From: a virus
Lineage: Duplodnaviria > Heunggongvirae > Uroviricota > Caudoviricetes
IMG/VR virus record: IMGVR_UViG_2541047681_000003
DNA length: 13,070 nt
Direction: 5' to 3' (one strand)
Notes under the pieces: generated by a model
Database searches by the model: none
What the model was told of the DNA's origin: nothing
What the model saw: only the letters and a program-made list of their open reading frames with translations
Program-made: the position numbers and the translations under genes
Shown here: positions 1 to 7,880 of the stretch, piece by piece
How the letters are laid out: every line of letters begins with the position of its first letter
Numbering within the stretch: position 1 is the stretch's first letter

Positions 1-705
1 CTGCCGCTGTTTCCGGCGCATGAATGTTATGTGGAGCCGTTTTGTGGGGCAGCAGCGCTCTATTTTCTTAAGGTACCCGGCAAGATCGAAGTCATTAATG
101 ATATCAACGGTGAGCTGGTGAACCTGTATCGGGTGGTAAAACATCATCTGGAAGAATTTGTACGCCAGTTCAAATGGGCGCTGGTCAGCCGGCAGATCTA
201 CAAATGGCTGCAGATCACCCCGGAAGAAACACTGACGGATATCCAGCGTGCAGCACGGTTCTACTACCTTCAGAAGCAGGCGTTTGGGGGCAAGGTGGCG
301 GAGCACAGCTTTGGTACCTCCACCATATCCCCGCCACGCTTCAACCTGCTGCGTATTGAAGAAGAACTGTCAGCGGCACACCTGCGGCTTTCCAGAACGG
401 TCATAGAACACATGGACTGGCAACAGTGCATAGAACGATATGATCGCCCGCATACGTTGTTCTACTGTGACCCTCCATACTGGGGAACGGAAGGTTATGG
501 TGTGGAGTTCGGACTAGAAAATTATGATCATATGGCAGATTTAGCACGCAGGATCAAAGGGAAGATGATTATATCGGTGAACGATATCCCGGAAATGCGG
601 CAGGCATTCAACGGTCTAAATATTCAGTCGGTTGATATCAGCTACAACCTCAAGATCACTGGCAAATCCAGTCGCAAGAAGGAACTCATTATCCTCAACT
701 TTTGA
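1..705 (+). CDS. DNA adenine methyltransferase, Dam-like; 5'-partial, reading frame is open from base 1
   Basis: Frame is open upstream of the GTG at 31 back to base 1. Translation has CYVEPFCGAAA (compare E. coli Dam motif I, LVEPFVGAG as I recall it) and FYCDPPYWG (DPPY motif IV of N6-adenine methyltransferases). Stop codon at 703-705. Confidence 0.8.
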   Translation: MPLFPAHECYVEPFCGAAALYFLKVPGKIEVINDINGELVNLYRVVKHHLEEFVRQFKWALVSRQIYKWLQITPEETLTDIQRAARFYYLQKQAFGGKVAEHSFGTSTISPPRFNLLRIEEELSAAHLRLSRTVIEHMDWQQCIERYDRPHTLFYCDPPYWGTEGYGVEFGLENYDHMADLARRIKGKMIISVNDIPEMRQAFNGLNIQSVDISYNLKITGKSSRKKELIILNF

Positions 706-1900
706 CCGAATAGTAAGACTTCATGCAGTGAATCAAGTACTGCATGAAGTCAAGGGCTGGTTTTGTGTACCAAAAATAAACAGTGATAGCGGTAATAATT
801 CCCATAACTAGAACACCACGTATAATCCAGAACGTACGTTTCTGCGTGTCTAGTCGCGCAGAAATACTGCTAAATACACCAGCCACGTCATCTTTAATGA
901 AGGAATATTCCTTATTAATCTGTTTTTCTTTGTATTCAATTTCTTCGCCTAAGGCCTTTATAGATTGCATCTGGTTCGAAAGTGCCAGCCAGATTAACGT
1001 TGCAGCAAAAATGCATCCCAGAAGAATTATTGTGTTTGTTATCCCTTGGCCTGACCATTTCGTAGCCACTTTGAATTGGGTAGCTACGATAACAGAGGCA
1101 ACAGGAATGCCAAGTATATGGTTCTGGATATCTGAAAACGCTTTGTGGATTTTACCCATTTCTTCGACTTTTGCAGCACGCAGTTGATCCATTACTTTGT
1201 CATAAGAGAATCCAGAAGAGTAGATACGATACCCTTTCAGAAACTTTTCATGCAGACGCTGAATATTGTCCAGTAAATAAGCGAATACTAGAGGTGAATC
1301 AATTCCATCACTAACTGCTTGAATACTTTCAATCAGAATATCTAGCTTCTGATCCTTATGGGTATCATCATTGAAACAAGCTATAAGGTTATCAAGATAC
1401 TCCCTTTGCAAATTTTGTACATTTTCTGCAGCGAAGTGCGGTAATAGCTTGATAACTTCTTTTTTCAGAAAAACTAACTGACAAGTTGAGTTATCAAAGT
1501 AGGCCGCGGCCTCTTTTAGCAGGTTAACGAACTCGAGAATCTTCCGGTAGTTGCTGATGAAAACGGGGATATCTTCATCATCATTACGAAATTTTGTTTC
1601 TAGGATGAAGTAATTAGCTGGCTCAAGGCACTGATGCTTTGGAGCATTTAGCAATTTTTCATGGGTGGAAAACACAAGTCCCAGTCCACTCCGTGGTGAC
1701 GTCACACGTAGGATGATCGTGTTACCTGGAGCGATAGTGCCTGTATCAATAGAAAGACCATATTCACGAGGATCATCAAGCAAAGTATCAACCAGATCAC
1801 AATCGGACTGATCTAAGAGCAACAGCGAACCGACACGAAACCCCTCTTGGAATTCCATACGACGATACAGAGCTGTCAGCATCTCAAATGAAATCGCCAC
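695..1900 (-). CDS. Membrane-anchored protein of unknown function (401 aa); second gene of the leftward repressor-A-B block
   Basis: GTG start at 1900..1898, 2 bp after the TAA of the upstream gene, with GAGG 7 nt upstream. C-terminal hydrophobic stretches GITNTIILLGCIFAATLIWLAL and FWIIRGVLVMGIITAITVYFWY look like TM helices. The N-terminal ~290 aa look soluble with no motif I recognise. Visibly AT-rich. Confidence 0.6.
   Translation of the reverse strand: MAISFEMLTALYRRMEFQEGFRVGSLLLLDQSDCDLVDTLLDDPREYGLSIDTGTIAPGNTIILRVTSPRSGLGLVFSTHEKLLNAPKHQCLEPANYFILETKFRNDDEDIPVFISNYRKILEFVNLLKEAAAYFDNSTCQLVFLKKEVIKLLPHFAAENVQNLQREYLDNLIACFNDDTHKDQKLDILIESIQAVSDGIDSPLVFAYLLDNIQRLHEKFLKGYRIYSSGFSYDKVMDQLRAAKVEEMGKIHKAFSDIQNHILGIPVASVIVATQFKVATKWSGQGITNTIILLGCIFAATLIWLALSNQMQSIKALGEEIEYKEKQINKEYSFIKDDVAGVFSSISARLDTQKRTFWIIRGVLVMGIITAITVYFWYTKPALDFMQYLIHCMKSYYSVKS
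717..751. repeat. Perfect palindrome, 13-bp arms GACTTCATGCAGT / ACTGCATGAAGTC around a 9-nt loop
   Basis: Read directly from the sequence. It sits 12 bp after the methylase stop and inside the last codons of the convergent minus-strand gene 695..1900. Confidence 0.7.
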
Positions 1901-1902
1901 GA

Positions 1903-2910
1903 TTAAACCTCAGTCATCCACATTTCCCTAAATTCTTCAGGTACATTACGTAGGGTGATAATATTTGTTTCCGGATCATAATCAATATAGCCTTCAGTTT
2001 TCCCTTCCCGGTCAAACTTAAGTTCCCAATATTTAGACTTGCCTTTAAAAGATACCAGAGCCCGAATGACTCGACCATCAGGAACGAAGCCATCCGATAA
2101 CTCCAACTCTTCAGCAGCAAGTTTACCAGATAACTCCTCGGGAGCCTGGGGCCAAATGGCATTAACAAGGGTTTCAAGACTAAGTGGTTCACCAGCCTTA
2201 CTTAGTGCATGTAAGTGTTCAAACGCACTCTTAAGAAATGCATCTTTTTCAGCGCCGTCAAGTCCTTTCTCTGCCGCAAATGCTTTTAAAACGTCACGTA
2301 ACTTTTCAGACTCTCGTTTGGCGATTAAGACATCATTACAGCCTAGGAACTGTTTAAAATAGTTTGAAACATTACCTTGCCCCTTAAGAAAACTGATATA
2401 GCGCTCTGCGCCACTTTCCCACGCGGTTAAGTCAATGCGCCCAGCCATACGCAGCTTAGCAATATCAAGATAGGTACTATCTTGGATGTTAAAATCATCT
2501 GTGACAGTGGACCCAATGGTAGCGCTTACAATAGCTATCAACAGGTGTTCATTGTGTCCTATCACGATATTTGCAAAAAGAACATAACCACCAGTAGCCA
2601 TGTTTTCTCGCTGAGAACGTTCCGTCAGGTGATGCATCATTCGGCAGGAACTTTGGTAGAAATCATCAACACCTTCGAGAAAGTCCCCAGCCATTCGTTC
2701 CATAGGATAGTTATCCGTATCGCCTTCAAAATAGCCATAACCTTTACCTGTGCGTCCTGCATATTTTGCACAAATATCGTTTATAAGGCGCTGAGAGGCT
2801 TCAGTAACTAGACCTTCTTCAGGACTCAATCTCTCAGAAGCGTCTCCATTTTGTTGTTTGTCTAAAATGTGAACTACAACGTGTTTAACTTCAATGGTCT
2901 GCTCAGACAT
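1903..2910 (-). CDS. NdpA/YejK-like nucleoid-associated protein homologue (335 aa)
   Basis: ATG at 2910 with AAGGTGG 6 nt upstream. Same length as E. coli YejK (335 aa). Segments GGYVLFA and LRMAGRIDLTAWESGAERYISFLKGQ resemble my recollection of YejK (GGFVLFC; IRMAARIDLTRWEGGEERYLAFIKGR). This is a by-eye match, not a database hit. Confidence 0.55.
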   Translation of the reverse strand: MSEQTIEVKHVVVHILDKQQNGDASERLSPEEGLVTEASQRLINDICAKYAGRTGKGYGYFEGDTDNYPMERMAGDFLEGVDDFYQSSCRMMHHLTERSQRENMATGGYVLFANIVIGHNEHLLIAIVSATIGSTVTDDFNIQDSTYLDIAKLRMAGRIDLTAWESGAERYISFLKGQGNVSNYFKQFLGCNDVLIAKRESEKLRDVLKAFAAEKGLDGAEKDAFLKSAFEHLHALSKAGEPLSLETLVNAIWPQAPEELSGKLAAEELELSDGFVPDGRVIRALVSFKGKSKYWELKFDREGKTEGYIDYDPETNIITLRNVPEEFREMWMTEV

Positions 2911-2980
2911 TGGCTATCCACCTTATTTTTTATTGCTTAATGGCAAATAATTTCTGCTATATGTTCTCGTTAGGAACACA

Positions 2981-3388
2981 TTAACCCACATTTTTTAACC
3001 GCTCAATCGTTGCGGATAATTCCTTCAGTTGTTTTTCCATCTCAATCACACGCTGTTTTTCTTCAGCGCCTCGCATGAGATCTCGCCGAACCTCAGGATC
3101 TAACTGGTTTAGAAGTTCAAGCATTTTAAGGTCTGACGGGCTGAATTGATGTTGTGTTGGTACAGCAACAATTTCTTTAGATGGAATATGTTCTTTACCG
3201 GTAAGTAGCCAATCGATTGATACACCCAAATGGGTACTTAGCGCAACAAGAGCCTCTGCGTTTGGTTCTCTCTCTCCACGCAAATAGTTTTGAAGTGAGC
3301 GATATGGAATTTTTGATAAGTCAGATAATGCCTTTATTGTCATGCCATTAGCATCCATCACTTCACGCAATCTCTCTTTTGTACTCAT
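2981..3388 (-). CDS. XRE-family helix-turn-helix repressor; candidate prophage immunity repressor
   Basis: Start taken at the internal Met (MSTKERLREVMDANGMTIKALSDLSKIPYRSLQNYLRGE...), which gives a typical N-terminal XRE HTH. It is divergent from the early operon and is followed by a C-terminal coiled-coil-like region. The longer ORF-track N-terminus would cover the promoter region and has implausible composition. Confidence 0.75.
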   Translation of the reverse strand: MSTKERLREVMDANGMTIKALSDLSKIPYRSLQNYLRGEREPNAEALVALSTHLGVSIDWLLTGKEHIPSKEIVAVPTQHQFSPSDLKMLELLNQLDPEVRRDLMRGAEEKQRVIEMEKQLKELSATIERLKNVG

Positions 3389-3404
3389 TTGAACATATCT
3401 CAAT

Positions 3405-3432
3405 TTGACACACTCATTTGGGTGTGTACAAT
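3405..3432 (+). promoter_or_regulatory. Sigma70-like early promoter (-35 TTGACA, 16-bp spacer, -10 TACAAT) overlapped by inverted repeat ACACAC-N8-GTGTGT (3408..3427)
   Basis: Hexamers read directly from the sequence in the divergent repressor/ner intergenic region. The 6-bp-arm inverted repeat spans the -35 and spacer. Direct repeat CAATAGA x2 lies at 3429..3444. Confidence 0.55.
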
Positions 3433-3476
3433 AGACCCAATAGAGTACATCATAACCTAACAGGAACACGGTGCAT

Positions 3477-3701
3477 ATGAACAAACAACAAGTTCGGGCA
3501 CGGCTGGTTGAACGAGGCAGTAGCTTGCGCCAGTTCGCGCTTAACGCGGGCTATGAACCACGAACAGTCACCCAGGCAGTCAGTCGCTGGGCTGGTAAAA
3601 GTGAACTACCTCGCGGTCGTTTGACTTATCGGATTTTGCGAGATCTATCGGTTGCAATAGGTAAAGAAGTTACCCCCGGTATCCTTAAGGAGGCGTCATG
3701 A
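3477..3701 (+). CDS. ner: Ner-like DNA-binding protein (Mu Ner / Nlp family)
   Basis: ATG at 3477 with AGGAA upstream. SLRQFALNAGYEPRTVTQAVSRWAGKSE resembles Mu Ner LSALSRQFGYAPTTLANALERHWPKGE. First rightward gene next to the repressor, as in Mu. Confidence 0.7.
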   Translation: MNKQQVRARLVERGSSLRQFALNAGYEPRTVTQAVSRWAGKSELPRGRLTYRILRDLSVAIGKEVTPGILKEAS

Positions 3702-4006
3702 ATAAACCAAATACATCAAGCTCAGGTATCCGTATTTTGCGCGTTCTTAAGGCCTTACGTGGCCACGCTTTGAACGGTGTTTCTAACGGGGAACTAGCGG
3801 TTGCACTGCACGAATCACCGGCAAACATCAACCGGGCACTTAACACGCTCATTGAAGAAGGGTTGGCTCTGAAACTAGAAAACGGGCGTTTCGCACCAGG
3901 CATCCAGTTGCTGCAGATCGCCATGGCCCACAGTAACGAGATGGCACGTGCACAGGATCGCATTAACGAAATCAACCAACGTGTTATTTCAGGTAGTCGT
4001 TTGTAA
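3698..4006 (+). CDS. Winged-helix DNA-binding protein (IclR/MarR-like HTH)
   Basis: ATGA start/stop overlap with ner. IRILRVLKALRG...VSNGELAVALHESPANINRALNTLIEEGLA looks like a winged HTH. Confidence 0.5.
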   Translation: MNKPNTSSSGIRILRVLKALRGHALNGVSNGELAVALHESPANINRALNTLIEEGLALKLENGRFAPGIQLLQIAMAHSNEMARAQDRINEINQRVISGSRL

Positions 4007-4016
4007 GGAGTAATCA

Positions 4017-4928
4017 ATGGGACGCACCAAATCACCGGTTAGCACTGAACTGAACGTCGAGGTACCGCTGTCGGATGATCTCAATGTCAGTCTAAACGCC
4101 ATGACACAGCATCGCATGGAAATCATGCAACAGTTCGGCGATGGTCTGCCTTATGAGCGCGATCGTGTTGTCCATGAGGCACGCTTTTATATGGCACAGA
4201 GCGCTGAGGCCATGCTGGAGGCAGGTAAGCGGCTGATAATCCTTAAGGAAAATGAACCACACGGGGAGTTTATAAAGATTCTTGAAAGTGAGTTGGGGCT
4301 GGCATACCGGACATCTGTGAGAATGATGCAAGCATCGACAAAATACTTATCCCCGGCGCTGAAACCAAATGTGCCAACGTTGGCACATTTGGGAAAAGCC
4401 AAACTTTTCGAATTAATGACAGAAGACGACGAAGAGCTTGCCGAACTGGCCGACGGCGGCACAGTTGCCGGCCTGACGCTTGACGACGTTGATCGCATGT
4501 CAGTACGCGAACTTCGCCAGGCCCTGCGCGAAGCGCGCGAAACCAACGCAGCACAACAGCGCGTACTCGCCGATAAAAATGAAAAAATTGATTCTCTCTC
4601 TACCAGACTGGAAAAGAAATCCCGTATTCAGCTGCCTGAGCCTGATGAGGAGGTTAAGAAGCTGCGGGCGGAAGTGACAGCATTAGCGGTTGAGGCGGAA
4701 TCTGCTATCGCCGTCCGACTGTCCAGCGCTTTTGAGACACTGTGCGCATATTGTGCTGAAAACATGATTGATACTCCCAGAGACTTCATGGCAGGCCTGG
4801 TCTGTCAACTGGAAAGCACAGCGCGTAGCCTGCGCTCCACATTTGACCTGCCGGACGAGCCAACAGGCGATGTCGCGCCTTCATGGCTGACTGAGCCGAC
4901 GCCACAGATTAACGGGCTGGAGGCATAA
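4017..4928 (+). CDS. Hypothetical protein (303 aa), acidic with a coiled-coil-like centre
   Basis: Strong RBS AGGAG 7 nt upstream of the ATG. Same strand and coding compositional style as the early operon. No motif recognised. Confidence 0.6.
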   Translation: MGRTKSPVSTELNVEVPLSDDLNVSLNAMTQHRMEIMQQFGDGLPYERDRVVHEARFYMAQSAEAMLEAGKRLIILKENEPHGEFIKILESELGLAYRTSVRMMQASTKYLSPALKPNVPTLAHLGKAKLFELMTEDDEELAELADGGTVAGLTLDDVDRMSVRELRQALREARETNAAQQRVLADKNEKIDSLSTRLEKKSRIQLPEPDEEVKKLRAEVTALAVEAESAIAVRLSSAFETLCAYCAENMIDTPRDFMAGLVCQLESTARSLRSTFDLPDEPTGDVAPSWLTEPTPQINGLEA

Positions 4929-4931
4929 CCA

Positions 4932-6701
4932 ATGAATGCTGCCCTGACTGAACGACTGGTTTATGTCGCCCGCGCGGCACGTGACGCGGGGCATGGTAAA
5001 CGCGGTGCAATATACGACGCTGCCTGTGCTGAACTTGGCATGTCCCGCGCCACTCTGCTGCGCAGGCTGAAGGAGGTCTCTGTGACTGATAAACGCAAAA
5101 AACGCGCCGATGCCGGGCGCAGCGCCCTGACCCGCGACGAAGCCGCGCTGATATCTGCCACACTGCGTGAGGCCACCCGCAAGAACGGTAAGCGTCTCTA
5201 TTCCATCGCAGATGCAGTGGAAACCCTGCGGGCTAACGGCTTTATCTCCGCAGGCAGAACAGATGAAACCACCGGTGAGTTTTTCCCGTTGTCCGAAGAT
5301 GCCATCAGCCGTGCCCTGCGTAACTATGGCCTGCACCCGGAACAACTGGATGCCCCTGCGCCGCATACCGAAGTGGCCAGTCTGCATCCCAATCACGTCT
5401 GGCAGATTGATGCCTCGCTCTGCACGCTTTACTACCTGAGCAATGGACACAAAGGGCTGCAGGTGATGGACAGCGCGAAATTCTACAAGAACAAGCCCGC
5501 TAACCTTGCCCGTATCGCCAGTGACCGCGTGTGGAGTTATGAGATTACCGACCATGCCAGCGGCTGGATTTACGTTGAGTATGTGACGGGTGCGGAATCC
5601 GGTGAGAACCTGTGTTCTGTGCTTATCAACGCCATGCAGGAGCGTGGCGGCGCAGACGTGCTGCACGGCGTGCCAAAAATACTCTATCTCGACCCCGGCT
5701 CGGCAAACACCGCGGGTATGACGAAAAACATGTGCCGCTCACTGGGCATCGACCTGATAGCGCACAAGCCGCATAACGCCCGCGCCACCGGACAGGTGGA
5801 AAAGGCGCGGGACATTATCGAACGCAAGCTGGAGCCGGGTCTGAAGTTCCGGCCGGTTCACAGTCTGGAAGAACTCAACGCGCTGGCCGCGAAATGGCGC
5901 AGCCACTTTAACGCCACGGCTGTTCACAGCCGCCACGGTAAAACCCGCACGGATATCTGGCTGAAGATTACTGCTGAGCAGCTGAAAAAAGCGCCTTCCG
6001 TTGAGGTATGTCGTGAACTGGCTGTGGCGGCACCAGAACTCCGCAAAGTCACGCCAAAACTTCGTGTCTCGTTCCGGGGCACTGAATTTGACGTATCAAC
6101 GGTACCGGGCGTACTGGTTGGTGAAAAACTGATGATTACCCGTAACCCATGGCGCAGCGATGTGGCACAGGTGGTTCTGACCGGTGAGGACGGCCACGAG
6201 ACGTTCTTCCTGGTCGAAGAGGTCAGAAAGAACGAGTTTGGCTTTGCTGAAGGCGCGGCGGTATTTGGCGAAAGTTACAAAGCCCTGCCGGAAACCCCGG
6301 CACAGATGGCGGCAAAAGAAACTGAAGCGCTGGTTACCGGTACAGACAACGCCGCAGATGCAGCCGCCGCACGCAAGGCGAAGGCGCTGCCGTTCGGCGG
6401 GCGGCTTGACCCGTATAAACATATCGACGACACCACACTTCCGGCCTATATGCCGAAGCGTGGTCAGGCCTCTGACGTACGCGGGCCGCGCACTGAACAA
6501 CGTCCCATGACTCATGTGGAGGCCGCGAAAGCCCTGCGCGATAAGTTCAGCGCCGACGGCCTTACCTGGACGCCGGAACATTACCGCCAGTTAACGGCAC
6601 AGTACCCGGACGGCGTACCGGAAGCCGCACTGGATGAAGTCATGGCCACGCTGACCACACCGGCCAGCAGCAGTGTTATCAGCATTGTTAACGGCAACTG
6701 A
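4932..6701 (+). CDS. DDE transposase, rve/integrase-core type (Mu A-like role)
   Basis: GGAGG RBS. Candidate catalytic triad D160 (HVWQIDAS), D254 (ILYLDPGS), E290 (ATGQVEKARD), with the D-35-E spacing typical of rve-fold transposases. N-terminal HTH-like MSRATLLRRLKE. Confidence 0.85.
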   Translation: MNAALTERLVYVARAARDAGHGKRGAIYDAACAELGMSRATLLRRLKEVSVTDKRKKRADAGRSALTRDEAALISATLREATRKNGKRLYSIADAVETLRANGFISAGRTDETTGEFFPLSEDAISRALRNYGLHPEQLDAPAPHTEVASLHPNHVWQIDASLCTLYYLSNGHKGLQVMDSAKFYKNKPANLARIASDRVWSYEITDHASGWIYVEYVTGAESGENLCSVLINAMQERGGADVLHGVPKILYLDPGSANTAGMTKNMCRSLGIDLIAHKPHNARATGQVEKARDIIERKLEPGLKFRPVHSLEELNALAAKWRSHFNATAVHSRHGKTRTDIWLKITAEQLKKAPSVEVCRELAVAAPELRKVTPKLRVSFRGTEFDVSTVPGVLVGEKLMITRNPWRSDVAQVVLTGEDGHETFFLVEEVRKNEFGFAEGAAVFGESYKALPETPAQMAAKETEALVTGTDNAADAAAARKAKALPFGGRLDPYKHIDDTTLPAYMPKRGQASDVRGPRTEQRPMTHVEAAKALRDKFSADGLTWTPEHYRQLTAQYPDGVPEAALDEVMATLTTPASSSVISIVNGN

Positions 6702-6711
6702 GGAGGGAAAC

Positions 6712-7878
6712 ATGCTGGTACTGAAGCAGCAACTGAAAGAGGCCCGTATTCCACAGGCGGTGGTGGCGAGAGCTGTCGATGTTTCTGAGGCCACGCTGGC
6801 CCAGATTGTGAATCATAACGCGTGGCCCCGCACCAGCCCCGGAGAAGTGCGCCGGCGTCTTGCGTCCTGGCTGGAAAGTCAGGGGATTGATACAACGAAG
6901 AGTTTTGATGCTGTACAGGGCGCGGCCACGCCCCGTACAGCGGGTACCACAGATAAAACGAGCCTCAGTGAGGAAGAGAATATGTTACTCAAAAAACAGG
7001 TGTTATTTCCAGCAACCAAAAAAGCGTTTGGTCTTTTCCGTGACCCGTTCGCCGACGAAGCCATGCAGGGTTCTGATGATGTGTTCACCACCCCGGACAT
7101 TCGCTACGTGCGTGAGGCGCTGTACCAGACAGCCCGTCATGGTGGGTTTATGGCCGTCATCGGTGAGTCCGGTGCGGGTAAATCCACGCTGCGCCGCGAC
7201 CTGACTGAACGTATCAACCGCGAGAATGCGCCGGTAATTGTTATCGAGCCATACATCATCGCTATGGAAGACAACGATGTGAAAGGGAAAACCCTGAAGG
7301 CAGCAGCTATTGCCGAAGCCATTATCAGTACCATCGCACCACTGGAAAGCATCAGACGCAGTCAGGACGCCCGCTTTCGCCAGTTGCATCGCGTCCTGAA
7401 AGACAGCAGCCAGGCGGGGTTCAGCCACGTTCTGGTGATTGAGGAGGCCCACAGTCTGCCCATTCCGACACTGAAACACCTCAAACGCTTTTTTGAGCTG
7501 GAGTCCGGTTTCAAAAAACTGCTGTCCATCGTGCTGATTGGCCAGCCGGAACTGGCGACAAAACTGTCTGAACGCAATATGGAAGTCCGTGAAGTCGTTC
7601 AGCGCTGTGAGGTGGTCGAACTTCTGCCTCTGGACAATAACCTTGAAGAGTTTCTGACGTTCAAACTGCAACGGGCCGGTAAACAACTGACGGACATTAT
7701 GGACGCCAGCGCAGTGGATGCCATACGTGCCCGCCTGAGCAATCCGGGAAGTCATCGTAAAAATATGGTCAGCCTGCTGTATCCGCTGGCCGTCAGTAAC
7801 CTGGTAATAGCCGCCATGAATCTGGCCGCTGAAATCGGGGTTCCACAGGTCAACGCTGACGTTGTCAAAGGGGTTTAA
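6712..7878 (+). CDS. Transposition ATPase, AAA+ (MuB / TniB / TnsC-like)
   Basis: Start at the internal ATG 6712 with AGGAGGG RBS just after the transposase stop. Walker A GESGAGKST, Walker B-like VLVIEEAH, N-terminal HTH-like segment. Confidence 0.8.
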   Translation: MLVLKQQLKEARIPQAVVARAVDVSEATLAQIVNHNAWPRTSPGEVRRRLASWLESQGIDTTKSFDAVQGAATPRTAGTTDKTSLSEEENMLLKKQVLFPATKKAFGLFRDPFADEAMQGSDDVFTTPDIRYVREALYQTARHGGFMAVIGESGAGKSTLRRDLTERINRENAPVIVIEPYIIAMEDNDVKGKTLKAAAIAEAIISTIAPLESIRRSQDARFRQLHRVLKDSSQAGFSHVLVIEEAHSLPIPTLKHLKRFFELESGFKKLLSIVLIGQPELATKLSERNMEVREVVQRCEVVELLPLDNNLEEFLTFKLQRAGKQLTDIMDASAVDAIRARLSNPGSHRKNMVSLLYPLAVSNLVIAAMNLAAEIGVPQVNADVVKGV

Positions 7879-7880
7879 TA

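Noticed and set aside
31-33. GTG at 31 as the methylase start codon
   Set aside because: The frame is open back to base 1 and the upstream residues continue the Dam-like motif I region, so the gene starts outside the window.
2981-3484. Longer 167-aa form of the repressor starting MFICTVFLLGYD...
   Set aside because: The extension would cover the divergent promoter/operator region and has implausible composition; the internal Met gives a standard XRE HTH N-terminus.
4881-5666. 261-aa minus-strand ORF inside the transposase gene
   Set aside because: Antisense shadow ORF in a GC-rich coding region; odd composition, no RBS, fully overlapped by a well-supported gene.
6096-6581. 161-aa minus-strand ORF inside the transposase 3' region
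   Set aside because: Same reasoning: antisense shadow ORF with no independent support.
7003-7755. 250-aa minus-strand ORF inside the transposition ATPase gene
   Set aside because: Antisense shadow ORF; the plus-strand gene has clear Walker motifs and takes precedence.
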